Part shown: positions 54,248 through 64,000 of the stretch, in pieces
Layout: each line of letters opens with the position of its first letter
How positions within the stretch are numbered: the first letter of the stretch is position 1
Assembly (NCBI GenBank): GCA_963765765.1
Contig: CAVXYC010000030.1
Coordinates: forward strand, 254,916 to 318,915
DNA length: 64,000 nt
Direction of reading: 5' to 3'
From: an uncultured Chloroflexia bacterium
Lineage (GTDB): Bacteria > Chloroflexota > UBA6077 > JACCZL01
Translations under genes and position numbers: made by a program
The notes under the pieces: generated by a model
The model's input: only the letters and a program-made list of their open reading frames with translations
Told to the model about the DNA's origin: nothing
Databases searched by the model: none

Positions 54248-54549
54248 CTACTCCGCTCCTCTCGGCATCCGACCACCACTGCCCGAGCTAATGCGAGGGC
54301 ATAGCGGTCAGCGTATGCAATGTACACAGAGGTCAGAATAGTGTCAAACAAAGGCGTAGGATCCATTCGGAGTGGCGCTGGAGACCCCGAGCGTCACTTC
54401 GGAGTGCGATGTCTGGGAGCACCGCTTTGCACGAGTTGCGCAATCGCCGCTAGAGACAGCTGATCTAATCCAAAGCGGTGCTCCCACACACCGCACTCCG
54501 GATCGCAGGGCAACGACTCAGTCGCGCTCAGCATCTCCGAGCCGAGAAA

Positions 54550-55260
54550 CTAAGACGGAGTACCTGAGCGCTCGCGGAATGCCGCAATCTGAATGCGGCG
54601 CGCTGCCGACATATGATCCTCAGCAATGCGTGCCGCCAGCTCACCGTCGCGTGCCTCGATCGCGTCGATGAGTCGCTCGTGCTCATCGATTGCATCCGCG
54701 CTGCGCTCGCTCCGCGCTACGGTCGAGACGCCAAACCGACGGGTGAAGCTCTGCGCCTGCATGACGAACTGCTTGAGCATGCTATTGCGGCCCGCCTCGG
54801 CAAGCGCCTGATGGAACTCGTTCGTCAGACTGGGGACTCTGTTGAGCTCGCCCCTGGCCACAGCTTCGGCAAGCTGTCGGTTGATCCAGCGGAGTCGCGC
54901 AATGTCCGTAGGCAACGCTTCCTCAGCGGCCAGCCGCGCGGCCAGAGCGTCGAGCGCAAAGCGGACGGTGTTCACTTCCAGGAGCTCGTGCTCCGAAATG
55001 GTACGAACGACCAGTCCACGCCGAGGGACACGATGCGCTAAGCCTTCGGACTCCAGCTTGAGCAACGCCTCGCGCACAGGCGTCCGGCTGATACCGAACT
55101 GGCGGGCTACCTGCTCCTCAATTAGACTGTCGCCCGGACGCAGCGCGCCGCTCATAATGCCCTCGTGGAGCGTCATGTAGACCGAGTCCGCTGCACCAGC
55201 GCCGATCGAAAGTGTCGACCAGCGCGGTTCAAGCGCCGCGAGCCGGTCCGAGATAGCCAT
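54550..55260 (-). CDS. GntR (FadR/FCD) transcriptional regulator
   Basis: FGISRTPVREALLKLESEG, NEFH, DEHERLI. Confidence 0.93.
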   Translation of the reverse strand: MAISDRLAALEPRWSTLSIGAGAADSVYMTLHEGIMSGALRPGDSLIEEQVARQFGISRTPVREALLKLESEGLAHRVPRRGLVVRTISEHELLEVNTVRFALDALAARLAAEEALPTDIARLRWINRQLAEAVARGELNRVPSLTNEFHQALAEAGRNSMLKQFVMQAQSFTRRFGVSTVARSERSADAIDEHERLIDAIEARDGELAARIAEDHMSAARRIQIAAFRERSGTPS

Positions 55261-55427
55261 CTACTCTAATCTCCGCGATAAGCCATATGGCCCGCGTCCG
55301 TTCAGGTCGCAGGCGTTGCGTGCCGGAATGCTATCACGCCACTATTGGCGCAACGTCAATCGACAACAGCCGTGCCTCGTACACCAATGCCAGTCCCAGG
55401 CCAGGCGGTGATGACAGGGAGTGCCCC

Positions 55428-56379
55428 ATGAGAGTCGCAATTCTCGACGACATTCATCAGGCGTACGACAGCCAACCGGCCATCGCGCGATTGCGAGAGC
55501 GCGCCGAGGTGCACATCTTCACTGAGCCGTTCGGATCGCCCGAGGCGCTTCGAGGCTTCGATGCGATCGTCGCAAATCGCGAGCGAACGCGATTTCCACG
55601 GGAGCTCCTGGAGCAGCTCCCCGATCTGCGCATCCTCGCTCAGACCGGCGTGCATGCTTACCACATCGATTTTGAAGCGGCAGAAGCGCTTGGAATTACC
55701 GTGGCGCGGGCCATGAGCAGCGGCTCGTCCGGGAGCACGTCCGAGCTGACGTTTGGGCTGATCATCTCCTTGATGCGGCACATCACCACCTCCCACACGG
55801 GGATTCGGAACGGCGAATGGCCCACGCCGCTCGGGCTGGAGCTGGGCGGTCGTACGATCGGCATCATTGGCCTCGGCAATCTCGGCCAACGCACCGCGCA
55901 TATCGCCCACGCGTTCAATATGCCCGTGCTGGCCTGGAGCCGATCACTCACAGCGGAGCGCGCTCGAGAGCACGGAGCTCGAGCTACGCCCGCTCGACGA
56001 TCTCTTACGGGAATCCGATGTGGTTACCGTTCACGTCCCCTTGACGAACGCATCGCGCGGTCTCATTGGCGCACGCGAGATCGGACTGATGAAGCCGACG
56101 GCCTACTTGATCAACACGTCCCGCGGACCAATTGTCAGCGAGTCTGCGATTGTCGATGCGCTGCGGAACAAGACGATCTCCGGCGTCGGCCTGGACGTCT
56201 TCGATCAAGAACCGTTGCCCGTTGACCACCCTTTTCGCTCGCTTCCCAACATCCTGCTGACTCCGCACCTCGGTTGGCCCACCGATGGCGCCTACGGCCG
56301 CTTCGCCGACGCCGCGGCTGACGTTCTCATCGATTACATGGACGGGAAGCCCGTGCCGACGTTTGACCACGAGCGGTAG
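55428..56379 (+). CDS. D-2-hydroxyacid dehydrogenase family protein (frameshift near 55990)
   Basis: MRVAILDD, RERT, GIIGLGNLG; INTSRG, DVFDQEP, TPHLG. Confidence 0.9.
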
Positions 56380-56476
56380 TTTGACGTGTTTAGTCCACCA
56401 TGTGATTCCGTAGCCCAGGGCATCTTGCCCGCGGCTACGGTTTTGAGAAGGTCTTCGAGCGCCATCACTACAAACA

Positions 56477-58574
56477 TCACGCAAGTCGTACTAGCCCGTC
56501 CGCCGCGCGAACGCCCTGACCGTTGGGCAGTACGAATAGCGGGTTGATCTCGGCTTCAATCAGGCGATCGCCAAGTGCTACGACCAATGAAGAGAAGGCA
56601 ACGACCGCGTCGACAAGCGCCGTTTCATCCATGAGCGGCCGCCCCCGAAAGCCCCGCAGGAGCCAGGCGCTCTTCAAACGCGACACCATGAGCTGGACGT
56701 CCTCGTGCGTCAATGGCGGAAACCGGATGACGGTATCCTCGTAGATCTCTGTGGCCACGCCGCCAGCGCCCAGCAGGATCATCGGCCCGAGCTGGGCGTC
56801 GCGCACGCATCCCAGGATCAACTCGACCCCGTCGGAGACCATCTCCTGAACCAGCACACCGTCCAATGCGGCCTCGGGGACAGCGGATCGGGCCGCGCTG
56901 AGCAGCGCCTCGAAAGCTTCCCCCGCTTCTAACGTGCCAACACCGACCCGCACACCACCTACGTCCGATTTGTGCGCAATCTCGCGGGACAGCACCTTCA
57001 TGACCACTCGGCCGCCTAACACCCGTGCGTGCTCCACTGCTTGAGCGCGATCAAGCGCCACGAGCGAATGAACGGCGGTAATTCCGAAACGCTGGAACAG
57101 CTCGGCGCTTTCCAGCTCATTGAGCGCGCCCGACCCGATATCAGTAAGGTCAACGACGTATTCCCGAGAGCTCAGCACGCTCGGATGATCGCGCTGCGCT
57201 CCCCACCGTCGCAACGCCGCGAGGGCTGCCGCGCAAGCCTCCGGCGTATCGAAGGCCGGGACCCCGTGGCGGTTGAGATTCTGAATGATGTGCGGAGCAC
57301 TGGGGCTGACGTAAACGAACAACGGCTTGAGACTTGTGCGAGCGGATTCGATTACGGGAGTGGCTGCCAGATCAGGATCGGCGAGAGCGGATGAGCCAAT
57401 GATCACGATAACTGAGTCATAGCTCGGGCTCTCCACGAGCGCCGCGATCACGCCCCGAAACACATCGGGCTTAAGTCCGGCCAGGGTTACGTCGATCGGG
57501 TTGCGGTCGGGCACAGCGCCATCGCCAACCATCACCTTGCCCAACCGTCGCGCGGTTTCAGGATCCGGCGGCGGCGTTTCAAAGCCGAGAACCCCGCATG
57601 CATCCGCCACCAGCACTCCGCCGCCGCCTGTGGAGGTGACGATAGCGATGCGCTGCCCACCTGCCGCTGGCGCGGCGGCGAGCGCTGCCGGCACATCGAT
57701 GAGGTCGGCAAACGATGCCAGTCGAAATGCTCCTACTTGATCCAGGAATGCCGTATAGGCAGCGTCCGACCCTGCCATCGCCCCAGTGTGCGAGGTAGCG
57801 GAACGGGCGCCGGGTTCTGATCGACCGACCTTGTACACAAGGATTGGTTTGCCGATCTCACGTGCTTGTTCCGTGAGCTGGCGGAATCGTGCAGGATCGC
57901 GGAGGCCTTCCAGGTACACCGCGATCACATGAGTGGCATCGTCATCCAATAGGTATTCGACAATGTCGTTGACCTCGAGATCGGCCTCGTTACCGGTGGC
58001 GATAAGTCGAGAGAAACCCACGCCTTTGGCTGCCGCGCGCGAGAGCAGTGAGCCGAGGATGCCGCCACTCTGTGAAATGATGCCGACCTTGCCGGGCTGG
58101 ATCTGTTCGATCTCCAGCGCCACGCTGGCCGAGAGCGCCACTCGTTCGATCGCATTCACCAGGCCGATAGTGTTCGGGCCCAGCAACCGCATGCTGCCAG
58201 CCGCGGCCTTGAGCTCGTGCTCTCGTTCGAGTCCCACTCCACCGATCTCCGCGTAGCCCCCAGCCAGGACGATCGCGGCGCCCGTTCCTCGCCGTGACAG
58301 CGAAGCAACCGCGGCGTTCACATGCTCCGGTCCTACCAGGAGCAAGGCCACATCAGGTGTTTCCGGCAACGCATCTGCGTCCGGGTAACAGCGTTCGCCG
58401 TGCAGCTCGGAATACCGTGGGATTGATCAGATATGACTTGCCGCTGAACCCGTGCTTGCGTAGATAGAGCGCGGGGCGACCCGCCGTTTTGGTCGGATCA
58501 CCAGAGGCGCCGACAATCGCCACGCTGTGCGGTTTGATTAGCCGATCAAGCTGGCTTTTCTGGTCTTGGCCCAC
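56477..58574 (-). CDS. Acetate--CoA ligase (ADP-forming) family acyl-CoA synthetase (frameshift near 58410)
   Basis: PHSVAIVGAS, LLGPNTIG, SQSGG, SHTGAM, NPID, HKSDVGGV, EINPL. Confidence 0.92.
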
Positions 58575-59364
58575 GGTCCGCCGTCCGATTCAAGAACGCC
58601 TCCACCGAGGCTCGATGCTCCGCCGACGTGTAGCAAATGGCCTGTGCCTGGGCGCCCAGTGCGAATACCTCTTCAGCGCTCAGCTCGAAGGTCTGGTTGA
58701 TGATCGACTTGGCCAGACCCAAGGCGGTCGGACTTCCCTGGGAAAGCTCGGTAGCCCAGGACCGCGCTTCATGGAGTAGCGCGTCAGGAGAAACGACCCG
58801 ATCGATCATTCCGATCTCCAGCGCTTCATCCGCGCTGAGCGTGCGGCCCGTGAAGATGAGCTCTTTTGCGCGGGTCATTCCTACCCGTCGCGGAAGGAAG
58901 TACAACCCCCCGCCATCCGGTATCAGACCGCGCTGCAGGTAGCTCATCGCAAAGGTCGCCGTGTCAGCCGCCACGATGAAGTCGCAGCACAGGGCCAGAT
59001 CACACCCGAGACCGACGGCGGCACCGTTCACGGCCGCGATGGTCGGCTTTTCGATTTCATGAAGCACCGTCAACGCATGATGCGTCCGTCGTTGCCGACG
59101 CCAACCGTTGCCGGCCACGTCGCCCGCGGGCGCCTGAAGTCGTTCCCGCATGGCGCTGATGTCACCGCCCGCGCAGAATCCCCGGCCCGCGCCAGTCAGA
59201 ACGAGGGCCCGCGCACCAGCATCACGCCCTACCTGATCGACCGTTTCAATCAGCTCAGCCCGCATGCCATCGTCGATAGCGTTGCGGACCTCCGGGCGGT
59301 TCAGCGTGATCGTGGCAATTGTCTGCTCGACCTCAAGCAGAATGCGTTGCGCTGGTGCGGTCAC
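58546..59364 (-). CDS. Enoyl-CoA hydratase/isomerase family protein
   Basis: LNRPEVRNA, FCAGGDI, AAVNGAAVGLG, GLIPDGG. Confidence 0.93.
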   Translation of the reverse strand: MTAPAQRILLEVEQTIATITLNRPEVRNAIDDGMRAELIETVDQVGRDAGARALVLTGAGRGFCAGGDISAMRERLQAPAGDVAGNGWRRQRRTHHALTVLHEIEKPTIAAVNGAAVGLGCDLALCCDFIVAADTATFAMSYLQRGLIPDGGGLYFLPRRVGMTRAKELIFTGRTLSADEALEIGMIDRVVSPDALLHEARSWATELSQGSPTALGLAKSIINQTFELSAEEVFALGAQAQAICYTSAEHRASVEAFLNRTADRGPRPEKPA

Positions 59365-59782
59365 GACAAGTCACACTCCATCATGCTTGAAGCGAGTGTG
59401 CCGCACACCCGGCACGCGGTGCCAGCTAACGACGCGCTGGCCAGACTGCCCGGCGCGACCAGCATTTCGTCCGGACGCCCATATCGTGTGTACACGGTCC
59501 CGGCCCGAGGAAGACACTCGCAATCTCGCATCTTAAATTCCCTGCTGAAGCGGACCTCTTGTACTCGGCGACTTTGAGCTTCAGCAAACGTTCAACTTTC
59601 CTGCTGGATATCTTCAGGCGCGCTGGCGATCATGGCTTCGCCAAAGCTCGTAGGGCGACAACGACGTACGGCCCATTCCCGCGGCGATTGGGCGCGACCG
59701 TAAACCAATGTGCGATCGGGCGTTAATGGGCATCCGGTCGGACAATCTCTGAGATCGAGAGGCACCGAGAACGGCACCTGCG

Positions 59783-60061
59783 ATGACCGTTAAACATTCC
59801 ATCGATCCAGATCCAGCGGACGCATCGTCAGCGGTACTTGTCCCGAGTAGGCCGGAATGTGATGCGTACCTTATTGAAGTTCTTCGTGCGCTCGACGAGC
59901 GGATCGAGCGGGTCAGCGCGATGATTGAGCGTATTCCCGATCCAGAATCGCCTCGTCATCGAGCGGCATTGGGGCTGCGTGACGGGTTAACTCGGAGACT
60001 CATAGACTTGAGATCCGCGCGAGCGGGTCTTCTGGACGTGATGTTCCGACACTGCGTATGA
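59783..60061 (+). CDS. Hypothetical small helical protein
   Basis: 92-aa ORF with amphipathic helices in an otherwise empty gap; no motif recognised. Confidence 0.4.
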   Translation: MTVKHSIDPDPADASSAVLVPSRPECDAYLIEVLRALDERIERVSAMIERIPDPESPRHRAALGLRDGLTRRLIDLRSARAGLLDVMFRHCV

Positions 60062-60133
60062 CGTTTAAGTCGGATTGATTCCAGGAAGCTCGGGGCAACC
60101 CCGCGTTACCGAAGTCACGGTCCTCATTCCCGA

Positions 60134-61336
60134 CTAACGAGGCTTTGAATGCTTGGCGATGAGTGATTCCACCTGCCCAAAGCGATTTGACCACGAGTGT
60201 TTACGTGCCTCGTCAACCCGAGCGCGAATGGCCGACTCGGACCCATCGCTTAGCGCCCGTTCGAGCGCTTGCTCAAAGCTATCCACGGAATCGGCGATCT
60301 CGATCACCTGCTGAAGTCGACGAACCTGGGGCATGTCGGTGGAGACGACGGGCAACCCGGCCGCGAGGTACTCGTACAGCTTGATCGGGTCGGCGTTTCG
60401 CGTGAGCTCGTTCATCAGGAACGGAATCGTCGTCACGTCCATGCCTTTGAGATAGCCCGGTAGCGATGGGTACGGTCGCGGTCCAAGAAGTAGCACATTG
60501 GATTCGTCACGCAGGATCGAGACGTCCACCAGGACTGGTCCAATGAGCACAATGGACCAGTCTTTCCGCCGATGGGCGATTGTGGCGATCAGCTCCAGGT
60601 CTAGCCACTCAGCGACACCGCCAATGAAGCCAATGATTGGCTTCGGTATCGGAAGCAGGTCCGCCGGTACTTGCGTAGCATCGGACCGGGCGGCATGAAA
60701 ATGCTCGAAGCTCACGCCGTTGGGCACGGCGAAGGTGTGGACGTTCCAGGGTGCTTTTTTTGCCCTGAGCGGCTCTGCCGTGGTGATCACGGCATCGGCG
60801 GATGTGAGTAAGCGCTTTTCGAGGTCCGCGAAGCTCGGCGGGAACACGCTGACCTCCGCATAGTCATCGGCGCAATGGTAGACCAGACCTGAGCGCGGAA
60901 TTCCTTCGATGAGGTCAAGCGCCTGGGGCAAGCCAAGGATGAAGAGCGGACGCTTGAATCCCAGTGAGCGCAAGGCGCGGCGAAAGGCCGGCGCCATAGC
61001 ACGCTGCCCCAGCCGATTCATCATCAGCCGGCCCGTGATGGCGGAAAAGCTGTGGTACGGAATGGGATTGAAGAGCTTTTGAACCCAGACGTTCGGCTCC
61101 ACAAGCTGAGGTCTGGACATTGCACGTTTCAGGATGGATGGCGCCTGAAGAGGGCGCCGAGCGAGGGTGAGTGAATGCGGTGGACTCTCAACGTAGAGCA
61201 GCCGGTTGTGCTGCGCCAGATAGCTCGTCAGATGATGCTTACTGATCCTGGCCGTCTGGTCCCACGGTGGCCCGTAGAGCAGAACGATGTCACGTCCTCG
61301 GAGCTGCTGGCTGACGGCTACCTGGCCACCTCCCAC
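60134..61336 (-). CDS. GT4 glycosyltransferase (TuaH-like); start uncertain
   Basis: VYHCADD, VPNGV, IGFIGG, DPIKLYEYLAAGLPVVST. Confidence 0.9.
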   Translation of the reverse strand: MGGGQVAVSQQLRGRDIVLLYGPPWDQTARISKHHLTSYLAQHNRLLYVESPPHSLTLARRPLQAPSILKRAMSRPQLVEPNVWVQKLFNPIPYHSFSAITGRLMMNRLGQRAMAPAFRRALRSLGFKRPLFILGLPQALDLIEGIPRSGLVYHCADDYAEVSVFPPSFADLEKRLLTSADAVITTAEPLRAKKAPWNVHTFAVPNGVSFEHFHAARSDATQVPADLLPIPKPIIGFIGGVAEWLDLELIATIAHRRKDWSIVLIGPVLVDVSILRDESNVLLLGPRPYPSLPGYLKGMDVTTIPFLMNELTRNADPIKLYEYLAAGLPVVSTDMPQVRRLQQVIEIADSVDSFEQALERALSDGSESAIRARVDEARKHSWSNRFGQVESLIAKHSKPR

Positions 61337-61344
61337 TCGCGGTC

Positions 61345-61378
61345 CCCTCAGCCCAACCCTCTCCCAGCGGAAGAGGAA
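61345..61378. repeat. Single family A REP-like unit overlapping the GT-C stop
   Basis: ccctcagcccaaccctctcccagcggaagagga. Confidence 0.55.
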
Positions 61379-63336
61379 GCCGCGTTGGGAGAATATCGCA
61401 CCTCGTAAATCATCACTTCACCAGTGCGCGTGCGCTGCAGCGTGCGACTGTCCACGATCCGCGATTCATGGTTCTCGTATACCGGCACCAGATAACCAAG
61501 ACGCTCCAGCTCGGCCATCTGCTGCCGCAAGCGATCTTCGCCACCCAGAGCCCATTGCACGTGGTCAGCGCCATTGTTGAAGTAGATGTTGTCCTTGAAC
61601 ACGTGAGTGATGCCCAGCGATCGCCATTCGTCCAATAGCGCCTGGATCGTAGGAAGCAACGTGTAATCGAGATGCCCGGTGAAGCCGGGAAGTCCGTTGA
61701 TGTGGTCCCGCTGGAAGTACAGATCAGTCAGTGGGAAGACAAGCAGCTTGGATCCCTCGGGCAGGCGATTTGCGGCCTGGATGTCGGCGTAATAGTAGAT
61801 ACGGTCCGCAACGAAGGCTTCAGGATTCTCCCTTCCCAGTACCACAGCGGACGAATTGCGAATCGTACGCCAACGCGGTGGCACCACCGAAGCTGAACGT
61901 CACTGCCAACGCTGCTAGGGTGGCCCAGCGTACCACTCCGCCGAATCGGAGAAAGTGACTTGCGGCCGCGCCGGCAGCGAGCGAAAGCATCGGCGTGAGC
62001 GCTAATGCGTAGCCGATGTATTGATATTTCGAGAACCAGAGCAGATAGAAAATGAGTGCGCAGAACAAGGTCGCCCCGAGGCTTAATCGTTCCCACCGGG
62101 TCAATCTCGGGATCAGGAGCACCAGTCCTGGAATGAGGGCCAGAAACAGCGGTGAAACGGCGGGCACGCGGTCACCATGGAACAGCGCCGAATTTACCGT
62201 CATATTCCAGGGGCCCATCAGAAACGCGAGCGGATCTCGTCCGGCTCCTAGCTCGTAGTTCATAAATTTGGCGTTGTTGTGCCAGTTCCACCCAATGCCA
62301 TGGAAGATCGACCAGGCAAACGGCCAGGCGGGATCGCCGGTCACGACCCAGTTGCGCACATACCAGGGCGCCGCGAGCGATCGCTCGCGGCGGCGCCAAA
62401 AGCAACACCGTTCAGGATCACGCTACGAATGTCGCGACGATCGAGAAAGCTCATCAGCAGCACGGTGAGCCCGAGCGCCGGGAGTAGCAGAATGCCGTAC
62501 ATGTGCGTCTCGGCAGCGAATCCGGCGAGCCCCCCTGCCAGCAGCAGCCAGCGAATACCGCCGCCATCGAGGAACGCCTTGCATGTGGCGTAGAGCGCCA
62601 GAAATGCCAGCGCGGCGACTGCGCCGTAGTTCTTCGCCACGGTGGACTGCTGAATGACCATGGGGATGGTGTAGAACATCGCCGCCGCAAGAAGCCCTGC
62701 CGTGGGTGTGAGAAATCGTCGACCAAATGACAGGAGCGCAAGCGCGGCCAGCACGCTGAAGCCAAGCTGGATGACCGCGCCGCCGGTGCCCGGAACGAGC
62801 ATAACCAGCGCGGTGTAGATCATTTCCTGAGAGGCGGGCTGATTCCAGAGCTTGTACGGAACGAACGGGATACTTGCGTGCTGGACATAAAAATTGGCTC
62901 GAGCTAGATAGTGGTTCAGGGTATCGCTATACGTGGGCGGACTCAGCGCGCCGAATGCATTGAGCACGAAAATCCCGGAGAGTAAGGTGACGATGATGCC
63001 GACTCCCACGGCCGACGGTGTGTGCGCAACCTTTAATGGGAGGACTGAGCGTGCGCCTCTGGCCACACGAACCGCGGTCGGAACCGCCAGCACTGCGAGT
63101 ATTGCGAGCATGATGCCCGCGGCCCAGGGGCGCAGTTGACCGATCAGGCCAAAGGTCAGCATCCCGTAGGAGAGCAGCGCCAGGCCAATCGGCCAGCCGA
63201 ACACCAGGCGCTCGAGGCGATCGTTCGGATCGAGGCCGAATCGACATAGGATGCTCACCCCTGCACCGATTGCCAGCAGGATGACAGCGGTCGTGACGAG
63301 CAGGTCAAGGGCCGGGTTGTAGCTGCTAAGCGACAC
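61348..63336 (-). CDS. GT-C (ArnT/PMT-like) multi-TM lipid-carrier glycosyltransferase (frameshifts near 62375 and 61845)
   Basis: Three consecutive ORFs; PPTYSDTLNHYL loop after the first TMs, many TM segments, WY.RNWVVTGDP, soluble C-domain GITHV. Confidence 0.8.
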
Positions 63337-63490
63337 CTGGCAGCGCCCCACGGACGATCTGAACGAGTCGGTTCCAGTACTGCTCAAACTGGGCGAAATA
63401 CAGAGCCAGGACCAGGATCACCCACACGGCAAACACCCATCGAGCGGCCGCGGATGTGATCAAGCCGCTAGAACGCGGGCTATCGGACAA
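63326..63490 (-). CDS. Small single-TM protein, 54 aa
   Basis: GAGGAG then TTG at 63490; WVFAVWVILVLALYFAQF; overlaps both neighbouring genes by 11 nt. Confidence 0.6.
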   Translation of the reverse strand: MSDSPRSSGLITSAAARWVFAVWVILVLALYFAQFEQYWNRLVQIVRGALPGVA

Positions 63491-64000
63491 CTGGCTCCTC
63501 GGTGCGCTCAACGAGCGGCTCATCCAGCTCGTCGGAAAGGACCGAGCCCGAGTGGCCGACTACCGGTCCCGTGCCCTCCGCCACGTTTTCCGCTTGGGTC
63601 GGTACCTGCGCACGTTCCACACGTTTCACGCGATAGAGCAGCATCTCGAGCAATCTCCGATTGGAGCCAATGAGGTTAGCCAGCAGGCCCATCGCCCACA
63701 CCTGAAAGCCAATGACGAGCATAGAAGCCGCCAGCACCAGGGATTGCACTTTCCCCTCGCCCTCGCCCTGGAAGTAGTAGAACATCCAGCGAGCAACGAA
63801 CGCGGCGCCGACGAGCATTACGATAGTACCGACAAGGAAGAAGACCTTGAGCGTCTCGTACATCGTGTAGACGCGCAGAAGCGTCGCGGCGGAATTCGCC
63901 ATGTAGTCGACCGTACCGCGCATAAGTCGCGATTCCCGCGTTTTGGCGTTTGTGATCACCGGAACGTTTGCTATCTTGAGACGGCCGCGTCCCACCTGTA
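63480..64000 (-). CDS. GT2 polyprenyl-phosphate glycosyltransferase, C-terminal part (5' end off the window)
   Basis: TNAKTRESRL, two C-terminal TMs, VQSLVLAA, GLLANLIGSNRRLLE. Confidence 0.8.
   Translation of the reverse strand, partial: QVGRGRLKIANVPVITNAKTRESRLMRGTVDYMANSAATLLRVYTMYETLKVFFLVGTIVMLVGAAFVARWMFYYFQGEGEGKVQSLVLAASMLVIGFQVWAMGLLANLIGSNRRLLEMLLYRVKRVERAQVPTQAENVAEGTGPVVGHSGSVLSDELDEPLVERTEEPVVR

Noticed and set aside
59365-59782. Riboswitch or sRNA in the 420-bp gap
   Set aside because: No recognisable consensus or terminator; only the candidate operator was noted.

Overview
GC-rich bacterial chromosome segment with about 57 genes, mostly metabolic, transport and regulatory. 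The host is probably a monoderm Chloroflexota-like organism (inference from lipoprotein solute-binding proteins with PA-rich linkers, a TolC-less MacAB-type pump and amidohydrolase paralogs). At least 16 otherwise intact genes carry 1-nt frameshifts, which looks like long-read indel error rather than pseudogenisation. No rRNA, tRNA or CRISPR array was recognised. Highlights: (1) a complete IS110/IS621-type element (28513-29770) whose bridge RNA can be read by eye, with target guides matching the GTAG-type REP palindrome it has inserted into and donor guides matching its own circle junction; (2) a selenoprotein that the ORF track truncates (31304-32299; W-U-P-F-C, SECIS-like hairpin) fusing a peroxiredoxin-like domain to a DsbD-alpha-like domain, inside a TetR / DinB / Rv2466c-like thiol-redox cluster; (3) a MacA-type adaptor with a ~435-residue helical hairpin capped by a Cys pair exactly at its midpoint, with no TolC nearby; (4) a CyaC-like haem/[2Fe-2S] adenylate cyclase; (5) two catabolic clusters of unknown substrate, one with an ICL-family enzyme lacking the KRCGH motif; (6) three REP/REPIN-like palindrome families; (7) part of a GT2/GT-C/GT4 glycosylation locus at the right edge.
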